32,000 bases of DNA from contig NZ_PRLH01000095.1 in the NCBI RefSeq assembly GCF_003013815.1, positions 23,943-55,942 of the forward strand. The letters run 5' to 3'. Under the pieces are notes generated by a model. That model was not told the origin of the DNA and searched no databases. It saw nothing but the letters and a program-made list of their open reading frames with translations. A program made the position numbers and the translations under genes. This DNA is from Cyanothece sp. BG0011 (GTDB lineage Bacteria > Cyanobacteriota > Cyanobacteriia > Cyanobacteriales > Microcystaceae). Positions 1 to 10,097 of the stretch are shown here, in pieces. How positions within the stretch are numbered: the first letter of the stretch is position 1; every line of letters starts with the position of its first letter.

Positions 1-2864
1 AACACATAAATACCGGCTGAATTAGCCTGAACCATAAAAGAAAGGGTATTACTATTTACCTCGATCTTTTTACCGGTTACTGCATCAGAATAAGTCCCAT
101 TTTTGACATTATTAATAGTAATTTGTTGGTCGCTGCCAATGGTTAACCCCACCGCAACATAACTATTACTCCCTGCATCTTCTCTGACAAAACTCATGGC
201 ATTTCCCCACTCATTCACCTGACTCATGGCCCCTTTTTGTAGTGCCGGAATACGACTACGAATGAGGTTTAACCGTTGAATATGTTGATAAAGAGGATGA
301 CTTTGGGTGGTTTGAATGGTATCTTTTTCGAGATGGGGACCATAATAAGCCCTTCCCGTTTCATCTAAGGTATCATCATTACCAATAATATCCTGGGGTT
401 TTCCTTTCATAAATTCGATTTCTTCCCCAAAATAGAGACAAGGAATACCTCTGATCGTCCACAATAAATTATAAGTAGCCGCCGCCCATTCTGTCTCACC
501 TTGGAAACGAAAGCGAAAGTCATTATCGGGTCCGACATCATGGTTTTGTAAAAAGGTGACTAAAGTGGTTGCATCCCCATAAACCCAATCATTGGCTAAA
601 ATAGCCCCAATACCATTAAAACTGCCCCGACTGACATTATCCCGAAAGGTAGAAAACAGCGAAAAATCTAACACTGAGAAACCAGAGTCACCCCCAGAGT
701 TCGGATCTTTGGGATCATCTCCTAAACGAGTGTACCACCAAGGGCGTAAAAACGAGGGTGCATTGTCATCGCCGAATAAATCACCCCATCCCGTCCCTTT
801 CACCAGGTTTTCCCCAAACACAAATAAACCAGGTTTATGGGCCTTCCAAGCATTGATATATTCTAATAAATTATTGCGCTCAACGTGCTTGACGGTATCG
901 ATGCGTAGCGCGTCCACACCCATGTCTAAATACTGACAAATAGCATTGATCAGATAATCTTTGACATTGTCTCGTCTCGTGGCCAAGTCAATGGTATCCC
1001 CTGCCATATGTTTAGTCTGAATAGAAACATTTTCCCAGTCTCCCCCGGCCATAAACCCGTCTTGATGATACCATTCGGGGTCAAGATTATTGGCATCGAT
1101 ACCAAAAAAGCGGTTAGGGTTATACCCTTCTTTGGGAACAGTTTCCCCGGTCAGGGGATCAACTAAGGGGACGACTCCCTCAGCATCAGAAGTTTGTCTT
1201 TCTTTGAACCAGTCAGGGGCCACCGGGTTATCATTATCTTCTTTAAACTCGTTTTGATAGTTGCCTAAGTTGCCTTGATAGGGACCATAGTTAACTTGTC
1301 CCTGTTGTGATCCTTGGGGGACAAAATATTTAATGGGAAGATGATCGATCCACACTTTGCCCCTGATACCGTATTGACAGGAATGGTTAACCACCACATC
1401 TTGTATGATTTTTATGCCTCTTGCATGGGCCTCATTGATTAAATCTTGATAGGTGGCATCGGGAGACTCTAAACGGGGATCGATCTTGGTCCAGTCATAA
1501 CCGTGATAACCATGATAGTCTAAACCGCTTCTATTTTCGATAGGAGGGGTGATCCAAATAGCGGTAAACCCTAAGTCTTTGATATAGTCTAATTTTTGAA
1601 TTAATCCTTTAAAGTCCCCTCTCCAGTGAGGATCTTCTGCTTCTCCTGCTGCGTTAAACTTGATGCGATCGCGACAGAAAAAGTTATTACTGGGATCACC
1701 ATCATAAAAGCGAGTGGTAATCAGAAAATAGATGGTTTCTTCTCGAAAGTCTCTCGGTTCGATCTGACTGCCAACACTGTAGTAAAAGTCTGCATAGGTT
1801 TCATTATCGGCACCATCAATGATTAAAAATCTCACATTAGTGGTGGTGTCTAGGAGCATTTTTGGCCCGGTTAACCCATTGATGGCGTTTCCTTGAACAT
1901 AAATATTACTGTGGGTGGTGGGTTCAGTGCCATCGTTGGTATAGTAAGCAATGATGGGGGTTTCACGGGGATCGGTAATGGTAAAACGAGGGGCGATCGC
2001 TTCTTGATAGTTGCCTGAGTCTTCACTCGCTGTAATGGTGGGTTTTCTGAAGTCTGCGTTCGGATCAATGGTATAAATAAATTCAAAAATAGCCCCCATT
2101 TCTCCCAATGCGTTACGTCCAATACAACGCAAAGTCGTGTTAGTTTCGATTAAAATGGGTTGCTCATAAAGGTTTGATTGAACACTGGGTGTTGTGCCAT
2201 CGGTTGTATAGTAGATAGCATCGTCTTCGTTGTCACTTGAGAGGGTAACACGCTGTGATTCTTGATAGGTTGCCCCTTTTGGCATAGCGGTAATCACAGG
2301 AATGGCAGGCCGTTGGGGGTTTTGATCGTACCAGTTATCCTTTAAAAACCATCCTTCCCTATTTCTGCTTAAGTTATCGGTTTGTTTCCCACTGCCATCA
2401 TTAAAGATAATCTTCGCTGTTTCAACTTCTGGGAAATGATAACCATACCAGTCATTCCCCTCTGCTGTCATGGGAACCCCTGGCCATTCAAGGGTGGGGG
2501 AAGTGGGACTGGTATCCCAATAGTAAATATTAACGGTTTTTTGCCAGGAGGTGGGCCGTTTAAAATGGACCACTAGGGGAGTGATGGGGGTGTCAGGGTG
2601 GCGATCGTACCATTTATTATTCAAGTACCAACCGTCTCCTTCTCGTTGTAAGTCCCTCGTTTGTTGTCCCTGGCCATCATTAAAGATGAAACGGACCCTA
2701 TCTACTCCTGAAAGGCGATAGCTATACCAGTCATCCGCTTCTGCTGTCATGGGAACCCCTGGCCAGGATACTGAGTTAGAAGAGGGATAGGTGTCCCAAT
2801 AATAAACATTAATGGTTTGTCCCCAAGAGGAAGGACGCTTAAAGTAGATGAGGAGATCGGCCAT
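1..2864 (-). CDS. Alpha-amylase family (GH13) enzyme, C-terminus truncated by window edge; two N-terminal starch/carbohydrate-binding-like modules and a chitobiase/hexosaminidase C-terminal-like domain before the catalytic domain
   Basis: Absent from the ORF track as a complete ORF. Reverse-complement reading from ATG at 2864 gives MADLLIYFKRPSSWGQTINVYYWDTYPSSNSVSWPGVPMTAEADDWYSYRF... and later GH13 motifs (LDYIKDLGFTAIWITPPIE, DVVVNH, MGVDALRIDTVKHV, VTFLQNHD) up to the window start. Confidence 0.9.
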   Translation of the reverse strand, partial: MADLLIYFKRPSSWGQTINVYYWDTYPSSNSVSWPGVPMTAEADDWYSYRLSGVDRVRFIFNDGQGQQTRDLQREGDGWYLNNKWYDRHPDTPITPLVVHFKRPTSWQKTVNIYYWDTSPTSPTLEWPGVPMTAEGNDWYGYHFPEVETAKIIFNDGSGKQTDNLSRNREGWFLKDNWYDQNPQRPAIPVITAMPKGATYQESQRVTLSSDNEDDAIYYTTDGTTPSVQSNLYEQPILIETNTTLRCIGRNALGEMGAIFEFIYTIDPNADFRKPTITASEDSGNYQEAIAPRFTITDPRETPIIAYYTNDGTEPTTHSNIYVQGNAINGLTGPKMLLDTTTNVRFLIIDGADNETYADFYYSVGSQIEPRDFREETIYFLITTRFYDGDPSNNFFCRDRIKFNAAGEAEDPHWRGDFKGLIQKLDYIKDLGFTAIWITPPIENRSGLDYHGYHGYDWTKIDPRLESPDATYQDLINEAHARGIKIIQDVVVNHSCQYGIRGKVWIDHLPIKYFVPQGSQQGQVNYGPYQGNLGNYQNEFKEDNDNPVAPDWFKERQTSDAEGVVPLVDPLTGETVPKEGYNPNRFFGIDANNLDPEWYHQDGFMAGGDWENVSIQTKHMAGDTIDLATRRDNVKDYLINAICQYLDMGVDALRIDTVKHVERNNLLEYINAWKAHKPGLFVFGENLVKGTGWGDLFGDDNAPSFLRPWWYTRLGDDPKDPNSGGDSGFSVLDFSLFSTFRDNVSRGSFNGIGAILANDWVYGDATTLVTFLQNHDVGPDNDFRFRFQGETEWAAATYNLLWTIRGIPCLYFGEEIEFMKGKPQDIIGNDDTLDETGRAYYGPHLEKDTIQTTQSHPLYQHIQRLNLIRSRIPALQKGAMSQVNEWGNAMSFVREDAGSNSYVAVGLTIGSDQQITINNVKNGTYSDAVTGKKIEVNSNTLSFMVQANSAGIYV

Positions 2865-3061
2865 TGTTGAGGTTTCCCTTATGCTGTTGTAAGCTCAACC
2901 TATCATGTTGCTGTTCTACTTTTTGACACCCTTACAATGTTTTAAGGAGACTAGGATAATAATCAAATACAAAAATTGGTAGGGGCATAATATATTATGC
3001 CCCTACACCGTATTTTATTAAGTCGTAAACGGCTGTATTTATTCATCAGGGGTTATCTTGC

Positions 3062-3121
3062 GGTGGGCAATATTAATATGAACCATGATAATTTTTTATC
3101 TTGAATGAGTATTGCCCACCC
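3062..3121. repeat. Stem-loop intergenic repeat with GGTGGGCAATA / TATTGCCCACC arms
   Basis: Perfect 11-bp inverted arms at 3062-3072 and 3110-3120; same core sequence family as the element at 25078-25142. Confidence 0.75.
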
Positions 3122-3336
3122 TACAGATAAGATGATACTTTTTAATATTTTTCTTGTATTTTACTAATTATAGTTATCTGGCATAGTTTATAATGGACTG
3201 GCTTGAAACATCAATCAAATGAATTATCTTAAGAAATATAAATAAGTTATTAGTTATTAACTCTCTCCCTGCTCCGGCTCTCCCTTCTCCCCTGCTTATC
3301 TCAACTTTAACATTACTTTCCAACCACTAATTATCA

Positions 3337-5991
3337 ATGTCCAGTTATTCAGAATCAAACCCTAATCCTAATATTGCTACCAGTAAATCTCCTCATACTG
3401 ATTATCGTCCCCTTGAGGTTAAGAAATTAACCCCAATGTATCAACATTATGTGAAAGTCAAACAACAGTATCCTAACGCTTTATTACTATATAGAGTCGG
3501 TGATTTTTTTGAATGTTTTTTTCAAGATGCTGTTACCATTTCTCAAGAATTAGAGTTAATGTTAACCAGCAAAGAAGGGGGAAAAGAAATCGGTAGGGTT
3601 GCCATGACTGGGGTTCCTCATCATGCTTTAGACCGCTATAGTCGTTTATTAGTAGAAAAAGGCTATGCTGTGGCGATTTGTGACCAAGTAGAAGACTCGG
3701 CCCAAGCGGCAGCCCAAGGGCGAATGGTAGAGCGAAAAATAACTAAACTTTTAACTCCAGGAACCCTAACCGATGAGGGAATGTTATCAGCAAAACAGAA
3801 CAATTATTTAGCTGCGGTTGTCATTGCCGGGGAACACTGGGGACTTGCTTATGCTGACATTTCAACGGGGGAATTTTTTACTACCCAATCAAAAGAATTA
3901 ACTAATCTCAATCTAGAGTTATTGAGGCTACAACCAGCCGAGATTTTAATCCCTACCAATGCCCCTGATATTAACAGTTTATTGCGCCCTGGTGAGAAGT
4001 CTCAATATTTAGCTGATGTCTTACCCGATTGTTTTTGTTATTCCCTGCGATCGCAAACGCCTTTTACTCTAAATGAGGCAAAAAGTAAGCTATTAATTAA
4101 CTTTCGTGTTCGGTCTTTAGAAGGGTTGGGTTGTGACCATTTACCCCTGGCGATTCGAGCAGCCGGAGGGTTATTAGAATACATCGAAGATACACAAAAG
4201 GCTCATCAAGTTCCCTTACAATTATTACGCACTTATAATCAAGTTGACTTTCTGATTTTAGATTATCAAACCCGTCGTAATTTAGAAATAACTCAAACCG
4301 TCAGAGATGGTAGTTTTCATGGTTCGTTATTATGGGCGTTAGACCGCACCTGCACAGCAATGGGGGGTCGTGCTTTACGCCGTTGGTTATTAGAACCTTT
4401 AATCAGCATTAAGGGAATTGTTGCCAGACAAAACAGCATACAAGAGTTAATTGATAATCCGACTTTACGGCAAGATATTAGACAGTTATTACGCAGTATT
4501 TACGACTTAGAAAGAATTAGCGGCAGAGTGGGGGCAGGAACAGCTAATGCTAGGGATTTATTGTCTTTAGCAGAATCATTGGTTAGGTTAAAAGAGTTAG
4601 CAGAATTAGCGTTACAAGGTGAATCTGCTTATTTGAAAGCCTTACAAAATCTTCCCCCAGATTTAGAAAAATTAGGTCAATATGTGATCGATCATTTAGT
4701 GGAGTCTCCCCCCTTACATTTAAAAGATGGCGGTGTTATTCGAGACGGAATTAATGCTGATTTAGACACCATGCGAAAACGGCTAGAAGATGACCGTCAA
4801 TGGTTAGCTAATTTAGAAATTACAGAGAGAGAAAGGACAGGAGTTTCTAACTTAAAAGTTGGGTATAATAAGACCTTCGGCTACTATTTAAGTATGCCTC
4901 GAAGTAAAGCGGCCCAAGCACCCGATAATTACGTTAGAAAACAAACATTAACCAACGAAGAACGCTATATTACCCCTGAGTTAAAAGAACGAGAAACCCG
5001 TATTTTAACCGCACAAGATGATCTCAATAAATTAGAGTACGAAATTTTTGTAGAATTGCGTTTAAAAGTAGCAGAAAAAGCTCAAGAAATTCGTAAAATT
5101 GCTAAAGCAGTGGCTGCTATTGATGTGTTATCAGGGTTAGGGGAAATTGCCGTATTTCAAGGTTATTGTCGCCCCGAAATTTTGGACAGTCGCTTAATAG
5201 AAATCACAGACGGTAGACACCCTGTGGTCGAACAATCTTTAGGGTTTGGTTTATTTGTGCCTAACTCCACTAATATGGGGGATAATCAACAAGAAACTAG
5301 CCCTGATTTAATCATTTTAACGGGTCCCAATGCCAGTGGAAAAAGCTGTTATTTAAGACAAGTTGGCCTCATTCAATTAATGGCCCAAACCGGTAGTTTT
5401 GTCCCTGCTACAGAAGCAAAATTAGGCATTAGCGATCGCATTTTTACACGTGTAGGTGCAGTAGATGATTTAGCCACGGGACAATCAACATTTATGGTAG
5501 AAATGAATGAAACGGCTAATATTTTAAATCATGCTACTGAAAAATCCTTAATTTTATTAGACGAAATTGGCCGAGGAACGGCAACGTTTGACGGACTTTC
5601 TATTGCTTGGGCAGTGGCGGAATACTTAGCAACAGAAGTACAAGGGAGAACGATTTTTGCGACTCATTATCATGAATTAAATGAACTGGCTTCTATTCTT
5701 TCTAATGTGGCTAATTATCAAGTTACAGTGCAAGAATTACCCCATGAAATTGTCTTTTTACACCAAGTTAGACCGGGTGGGGCTGATAAATCCTATGGCA
5801 TTGAAGCCGGAAGATTAGCCGGGTTGCCGACTTCTGTTATTAGTCGAGCAAAACAAGTGATGAATCAAATAGAAACTCATAGTAAAATTGCCCTGGGATT
5901 ACGAGAAGGAATTAGTCAAGTTAATCCTAATAAAAACAAAAATAATAAAGCTGACTTAATCGAGCAATTAGATATTTTTGATGATTTTTAA
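3337..5991 (+). CDS. mutS: DNA mismatch repair protein MutS
   Basis: 884 aa; N-terminal MutS I domain ([34 protein letters not shown]), Walker [35 protein letters not shown]. Confidence 0.97.
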   Translation: MSSYSESNPNPNIATSKSPHTDYRPLEVKKLTPMYQHYVKVKQQYPNALLLYRVGDFFECFFQDAVTISQELELMLTSKEGGKEIGRVAMTGVPHHALDRYSRLLVEKGYAVAICDQVEDSAQAAAQGRMVERKITKLLTPGTLTDEGMLSAKQNNYLAAVVIAGEHWGLAYADISTGEFFTTQSKELTNLNLELLRLQPAEILIPTNAPDINSLLRPGEKSQYLADVLPDCFCYSLRSQTPFTLNEAKSKLLINFRVRSLEGLGCDHLPLAIRAAGGLLEYIEDTQKAHQVPLQLLRTYNQVDFLILDYQTRRNLEITQTVRDGSFHGSLLWALDRTCTAMGGRALRRWLLEPLISIKGIVARQNSIQELIDNPTLRQDIRQLLRSIYDLERISGRVGAGTANARDLLSLAESLVRLKELAELALQGESAYLKALQNLPPDLEKLGQYVIDHLVESPPLHLKDGGVIRDGINADLDTMRKRLEDDRQWLANLEITERERTGVSNLKVGYNKTFGYYLSMPRSKAAQAPDNYVRKQTLTNEERYITPELKERETRILTAQDDLNKLEYEIFVELRLKVAEKAQEIRKIAKAVAAIDVLSGLGEIAVFQGYCRPEILDSRLIEITDGRHPVVEQSLGFGLFVPNSTNMGDNQQETSPDLIILTGPNASGKSCYLRQVGLIQLMAQTGSFVPATEAKLGISDRIFTRVGAVDDLATGQSTFMVEMNETANILNHATEKSLILLDEIGRGTATFDGLSIAWAVAEYLATEVQGRTIFATHYHELNELASILSNVANYQVTVQELPHEIVFLHQVRPGGADKSYGIEAGRLAGLPTSVISRAKQVMNQIETHSKIALGLREGISQVNPNKNKNNKADLIEQLDIFDDF

Positions 5992-5997
5992 ACTCCT

Positions 5998-6627
5998 ATG
6001 AATGAAAACACTATCCACTCTCAATATAATAAACTTGCTAAAAACTATGATAAACGCTGGCAAAATTATCATCATAATAGTTTATCCTTTCTGAAAAATT
6101 GGGTAAATATTTCTTCTACTTCTACCATCTTAGACGTGGCTTGTGGGACAGGAATTTTTGCAGAAATGTTACTTCAAGATAATCCTCATTTAGAGATTAT
6201 TGGGGTTGATATTTCCTCAGAAATGTTAACCATAGCTAAGCAGAAATGTCAAGGTTATGATCAAGTTAAGTTCTATCAAAGTTCGGTGACTGCTTTACCC
6301 TTTGAAAGTCATAAGTTTGATTATGTTATTTGTGCCAATGCGTTTCATTATTTTGATAATCCCATCATTGCGTTAATGGAAATGAAGCGACTGGTTAAAC
6401 CCAATGGTCAAATTATAATATTAGATTGGTGTCGAGATTATTTAACCATGAAAATTTGTGACTTAATTTTAAAACTATTTGATCCTAGTCATAAAAATTG
6501 TTATAGTCAAGCAGAATTAAGTCAATTTTTAGCCTCTACAGAATTAACAATTATTGACAATACTAAATTTAGTTTTAGTTGGGTTTGGGGTTTAATGGTA
6601 TTTACAGTAACCCCTAAGTTTTCTTAG
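5998..6627 (+). CDS. Class I SAM-dependent methyltransferase
   Basis: Motif I ILDVACGTGIFAEML, FDYVICANAFHYFDNP, LVKPNGQIIILDW; starts 6 nt after the mutS stop. Confidence 0.85.
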   Translation: MNENTIHSQYNKLAKNYDKRWQNYHHNSLSFLKNWVNISSTSTILDVACGTGIFAEMLLQDNPHLEIIGVDISSEMLTIAKQKCQGYDQVKFYQSSVTALPFESHKFDYVICANAFHYFDNPIIALMEMKRLVKPNGQIIILDWCRDYLTMKICDLILKLFDPSHKNCYSQAELSQFLASTELTIIDNTKFSFSWVWGLMVFTVTPKFS

Positions 6628-6819
6628 TAATTTCTTAGTCAGGTGGGCAGTGCATCGGCGGACAATACTTAATCAAATTTAATTAGTAGGATGGAAACTG
6701 CATCAGCTTACTAAAGAATAAGCCCCATTTTGACAAAAATCACCCTTTAGTTAGATGAAAAGTTATATTAAACCTGTTAATTTTAAGATTATATTGACTG
6801 AAACAATATAATCTAACTT

Positions 6820-8058
6820 ATGAATTATGAACAATTCTTAAACTTGTATAGTGAGGCGGTTTTAACCTCTTTAAGTTTTTTCTGGAAAGCATTATGGGCA
6901 TTTATTTTAGGTTATATTGTCAGTAGTGCCATTCAAGTTTTTGTAACCCGTGAAAGAATGCAAAAAACCATGGGAAAAGCAGGAAAAAAGAGTATTGCTT
7001 TAGGTACGTTTTTCGGCTTTATTTCAAGTTCTTGTAGCTTTGCTGCGTTAGCAACCACTAAATCTTTATTTAAAAAAGGTGCTGGTTTTATTCCTTCTTT
7101 AGCTTTTTTATTAGCATCAACTAATTTAGTCATTGAATTAGGATTTATTATTGCTATCTTTTTAGGATGGCAATTTGTTGTCGGGGAATATGTAGGGGGT
7201 GTTTTATTAATTCTTTTTACTTGGGAAATTGTCAGATTAACTCGTCCCAAAAAATTAATTAGAAACGTACGAAGAAAATTAAACGACACAGAAGGAGAAG
7301 AAAAAAGCGATACGGATACACCCAACTGGAAAGAAAAAATACAAAGTAAACAAGCATGGAAAAAAGTTGCTAAAAAGTATTTTATGGAATGGGGTATGGT
7401 ATGGAAAGATGTTACCTTTGGTTTTACGATAGCGGGAATTATTGCTGCGTTTGTTCCTCAATCTTTTTTCCAAACCCTGTTTATTAATGCTGGTAATAAT
7501 CCGGGATTTTTCTCCATTTTAGAACATACCATTATCGGTCCAGTGGCAGCCTTTTTTACTTTTATTGGTTCAATGGGAAATATCCCCTTAGCCTCTATTT
7601 TATACAGTAACGGGGTTAGTTTTGCCGGGGTAATGGCTTTTATTTTCAGTGATTTAGTGGTGTTTCCTGTAATACGAGTAAATGCTAAATATTACGGTTG
7701 GAAACTAGCCTTATATATTGTTGCTGTCTTTTTAGGGGCATTAGTAGCAACCTCAATCGTCATGCACTATGGTTTTGCTGCTTTGAATTTACTTCCTGAT
7801 AGTAGTAATAGTCAAAGTGTCGCCCAAACCGAACGATTTGCTATTGATTATACCTTTTGGTTAAATCTCGTGTTTATCGCCATAACAGGATATTTAGCTT
7901 GGTTAAACTTTGGCGGAAAAAGTAAGAAGAAACAACAAGAGCATAGTCATAAAGATAATAGTAATGGTGGTAAAAAAGGAATTATAGAAAAATTAGTTTT
8001 TTGGTTAGCTATTTTTTCTTTTATCTGGTTAGCTGGGGGGTTAATTGCGATGGTTTAG
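6820..8058 (+). CDS. Multi-TM permease of the YraQ/ArsP-like (DUF318) family
   Basis: 412 aa with many hydrophobic segments, SSSCSFAALATTKSLFKKGAGF motif typical of the family, His/Lys-rich hydrophilic segment KKKQQEHSHKDN before the last TM. Confidence 0.8.
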   Translation: MNYEQFLNLYSEAVLTSLSFFWKALWAFILGYIVSSAIQVFVTRERMQKTMGKAGKKSIALGTFFGFISSSCSFAALATTKSLFKKGAGFIPSLAFLLASTNLVIELGFIIAIFLGWQFVVGEYVGGVLLILFTWEIVRLTRPKKLIRNVRRKLNDTEGEEKSDTDTPNWKEKIQSKQAWKKVAKKYFMEWGMVWKDVTFGFTIAGIIAAFVPQSFFQTLFINAGNNPGFFSILEHTIIGPVAAFFTFIGSMGNIPLASILYSNGVSFAGVMAFIFSDLVVFPVIRVNAKYYGWKLALYIVAVFLGALVATSIVMHYGFAALNLLPDSSNSQSVAQTERFAIDYTFWLNLVFIAITGYLAWLNFGGKSKKKQQEHSHKDNSNGGKKGIIEKLVFWLAIFSFIWLAGGLIAMV

Positions 8059-8321
8059 TTATATAGCTAGTCTATTGCAATCATGAACCTACTTGTTGAG
8101 AAGAATGAACAGGGAATTCCGGAACGGGGAACGGAGAACGGAAAATTTTCACAACTCATTTAAACTGGCCATAGCAGTACAAAAAAGGTGTTTGTCACCC
8201 CGGTTCAGAAGTTCCCCACGTCCCACTTAATTAGAATATTGATACACTTCATTGAAAACCGCTATATTAGGGCAAAATCGCGCTACTCTAGAAATAGACA
8301 GCAAAGCAGGACAAGATTATT

Positions 8322-8738
8322 ATGGGTCTAACCAATGTCATCAAGGTCTTGTTAATTGAGGATAATCTAGCAGAAGCGAGACTGTTGCAAGAAGTGCTAA
8401 AAGGGGCAACAAGGCAAGAATTTCAGTTAGTCCATGAAAAACGGCTAAAAGACGCTCTAAAGCAGCTAGAAACCCACACATTTGACATCATATTACTCGA
8501 TTTGACCTTACCCGATAGTCAAGGTCTAGATTCTTTGTCCCCGATTATTAATCATAATTCTCATATTCCTATTGTGGTTTTAACCAATATGAATGATGAA
8601 GAATTGGCCTTAGAAGCAGTTAGAAAAGGAGCGCAAGATTATCTCGTTAAACGCCACATCACCTTAGATATTTTAGTTCGTTCCATTTGTTATGCCATTG
8701 AACGTAAACAGATGGAAAAGCAATTAAAAAAAAGCTAA
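8322..8738 (+). CDS. Response regulator receiver domain protein (probably the N-terminal half of a longer REC-histidine kinase)
   Basis: KVLLIEDNLAEARLLQEVL, DIILLDLTLPDSQG, VVLTNMND, VRKGAQDYLVK: full REC domain; stop lies directly after an 8-A run. Confidence 0.85.
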   Translation: MGLTNVIKVLLIEDNLAEARLLQEVLKGATRQEFQLVHEKRLKDALKQLETHTFDIILLDLTLPDSQGLDSLSPIINHNSHIPIVVLTNMNDEELALEAVRKGAQDYLVKRHITLDILVRSICYAIERKQMEKQLKKS

Positions 8739-8758
8739 TCAAGACCTAGAAAAAAAGA

Positions 8759-9520
8759 GTGGAAGAAAGAACGATTCAATTATTAAAAGCACAAGAATTA
8801 AACCAACTAAAATCTGAATTCGTTTCTATCCTCTCCCATGATTTTCGCAATCCTCTCAATACAATTTTATTATCAACAGGATTATTAGAGGATAGTCACG
8901 ACCAATTAACCAGAGAGCAGCAATTATCCTATTTTCAGATGATTCGCCAAGCGGTTCAAGACATGAATCAACTACTGAACGAAGTTTTGTTATTAGGAAA
9001 AGCTGATTCGGGAAAATTAAAACCTAACTTTGAGCAGCTTAATCTTAAGGAATTTTGTCAAAAAATTCTTCATTCTTTACACCTTTCTTTTGAAGATAAA
9101 AACCAAATTGTGACTCAATTTAAAGGAAAGTTTGAAGAAGAATTATGGGATGCTAAATTACTTTGGCATATTTTACATAATTTATTAAATAATGCCCTTA
9201 AATATTCTCCTCAAGGGGGCCAGATTTTTTTTGATATTATTGCTGATGAAAAAATAGTGACTTTTCGCATTGAAGACCAAGGAATTGGTATTTCTCAAGC
9301 ATCACAAAAACATCTTTTTGAAAGCTTTTATCGCGCTGATAATGTAGAAAATATTTCAGGAACCGGATTAGGTTTGTCCATTGTTCGTAAATGTGTAGAC
9401 GCTTACCAAGGAGATATCTTTGTAGACAGTCAGTTAAACAAAGGGACAACCTTTACAGTTATTTTACCCCGACAGCAACCAGTTATGAGTAAAATAGAAA
9501 AAAGTATCGAACAAATATAG
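8759..9520 (+). CDS. Sensor histidine kinase, HisKA + HATPase_c
   Basis: H box SHDFRNPLN, N box HNLLNNALKYSP, G1 EDQGIGIS, G2 GTGLGLSIV; GTG start in coiled-coil VEERTIQLLKAQELNQLKSEF. Confidence 0.88.
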   Translation: MEERTIQLLKAQELNQLKSEFVSILSHDFRNPLNTILLSTGLLEDSHDQLTREQQLSYFQMIRQAVQDMNQLLNEVLLLGKADSGKLKPNFEQLNLKEFCQKILHSLHLSFEDKNQIVTQFKGKFEEELWDAKLLWHILHNLLNNALKYSPQGGQIFFDIIADEKIVTFRIEDQGIGISQASQKHLFESFYRADNVENISGTGLGLSIVRKCVDAYQGDIFVDSQLNKGTTFTVILPRQQPVMSKIEKSIEQI

Positions 9521-9536
9521 TTATGAGTTGGGTATT

Positions 9537-9896
9537 ATGAGTACACAAAAAGATTCTCATCCTAGCGAATTTACTCGCACTCCTCCTTGGGGAAGGGTGA
9601 CTATGTTAGAAGAAGGCCCCCGTTATCGCATTAATCGCATTGAAGTTAATCCCGGACAACATATCAGTACCCAAATGCACTATCATCGTAGTGAACATTG
9701 GATAGTCGTTTCAGGAACCGCTAAAGTTATTTTTAATGGGGAAGAACATCTTTTAAAACAAAAAGAATCGACCTATGTTCCCATGAATACTCGTCACCGA
9801 GTTGAAAATCCTGGGGTTATCCCTTTAGTGATGATTGAAGTTCAAAATGGAGAGTATTTAGGGGACGATGATATTATTCGTTTTACAGAAGAATAA
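9537..9896 (+). CDS. Cupin-domain protein, mannose-6-phosphate isomerase type II C-terminal-like
   Basis: PWGRVTMLEEGPRYRINRIEVNPGQHISTQMHYHRSEHWIVVSGTAKV...YVPMNTRHRVENPG; ATG at 9537 preferred over the track's TTG at 9528. Confidence 0.88.
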   Translation: MSTQKDSHPSEFTRTPPWGRVTMLEEGPRYRINRIEVNPGQHISTQMHYHRSEHWIVVSGTAKVIFNGEEHLLKQKESTYVPMNTRHRVENPGVIPLVMIEVQNGEYLGDDDIIRFTEE

Positions 9897-10097
9897 AGCA
9901 ATCACTCAGACACATTCATCAGTAAAGATGGTATAATAATGTTGTCAGGAATAACTCATATTTTTAGTGAAAAGTCTTAAAATAATCTGGATTTTTGTTA
10001 TTATATGGCCAAATATTCGATAGAATGAAAAAGGGGAGTTAGGGTTAAGAATATAGCCACAGCTACCAGCCAACTGAAGAACGAGGAAACAGGAGGA

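Noticed and set aside
592-2576. Small ORFs on both strands in the track (592..936 +, 1626..1826 +, 1871..2122 -, 2382..2576 +)
   Set aside because: All lie within the long minus-strand amylase reading frame and have no recognisable protein features; they are shadow ORFs.
5300-5350. MutS Walker A variant GPNASGKS (instead of GPNMGGKS) as a possible inactivating change
   Set aside because: The key GKS residues are intact; this is likely a normal cyanobacterial/plastid-type MutS variant.
8105-8260. GGGGAACGG repeats downstream of the permease, and a similar CCGTTCCCTGTTCCC stretch near 25668, as a possible regulatory array
   Set aside because: Short degenerate direct repeats without symmetry or fixed spacing; probably remnants of common cyanobacterial intergenic repeats.
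6933-9449. Minus-strand ORFs 6933..7325, 7279..7473 and 9237..9449
   Set aside because: Antisense to well-supported permease and histidine kinase genes; low-complexity or non-protein-like translations.
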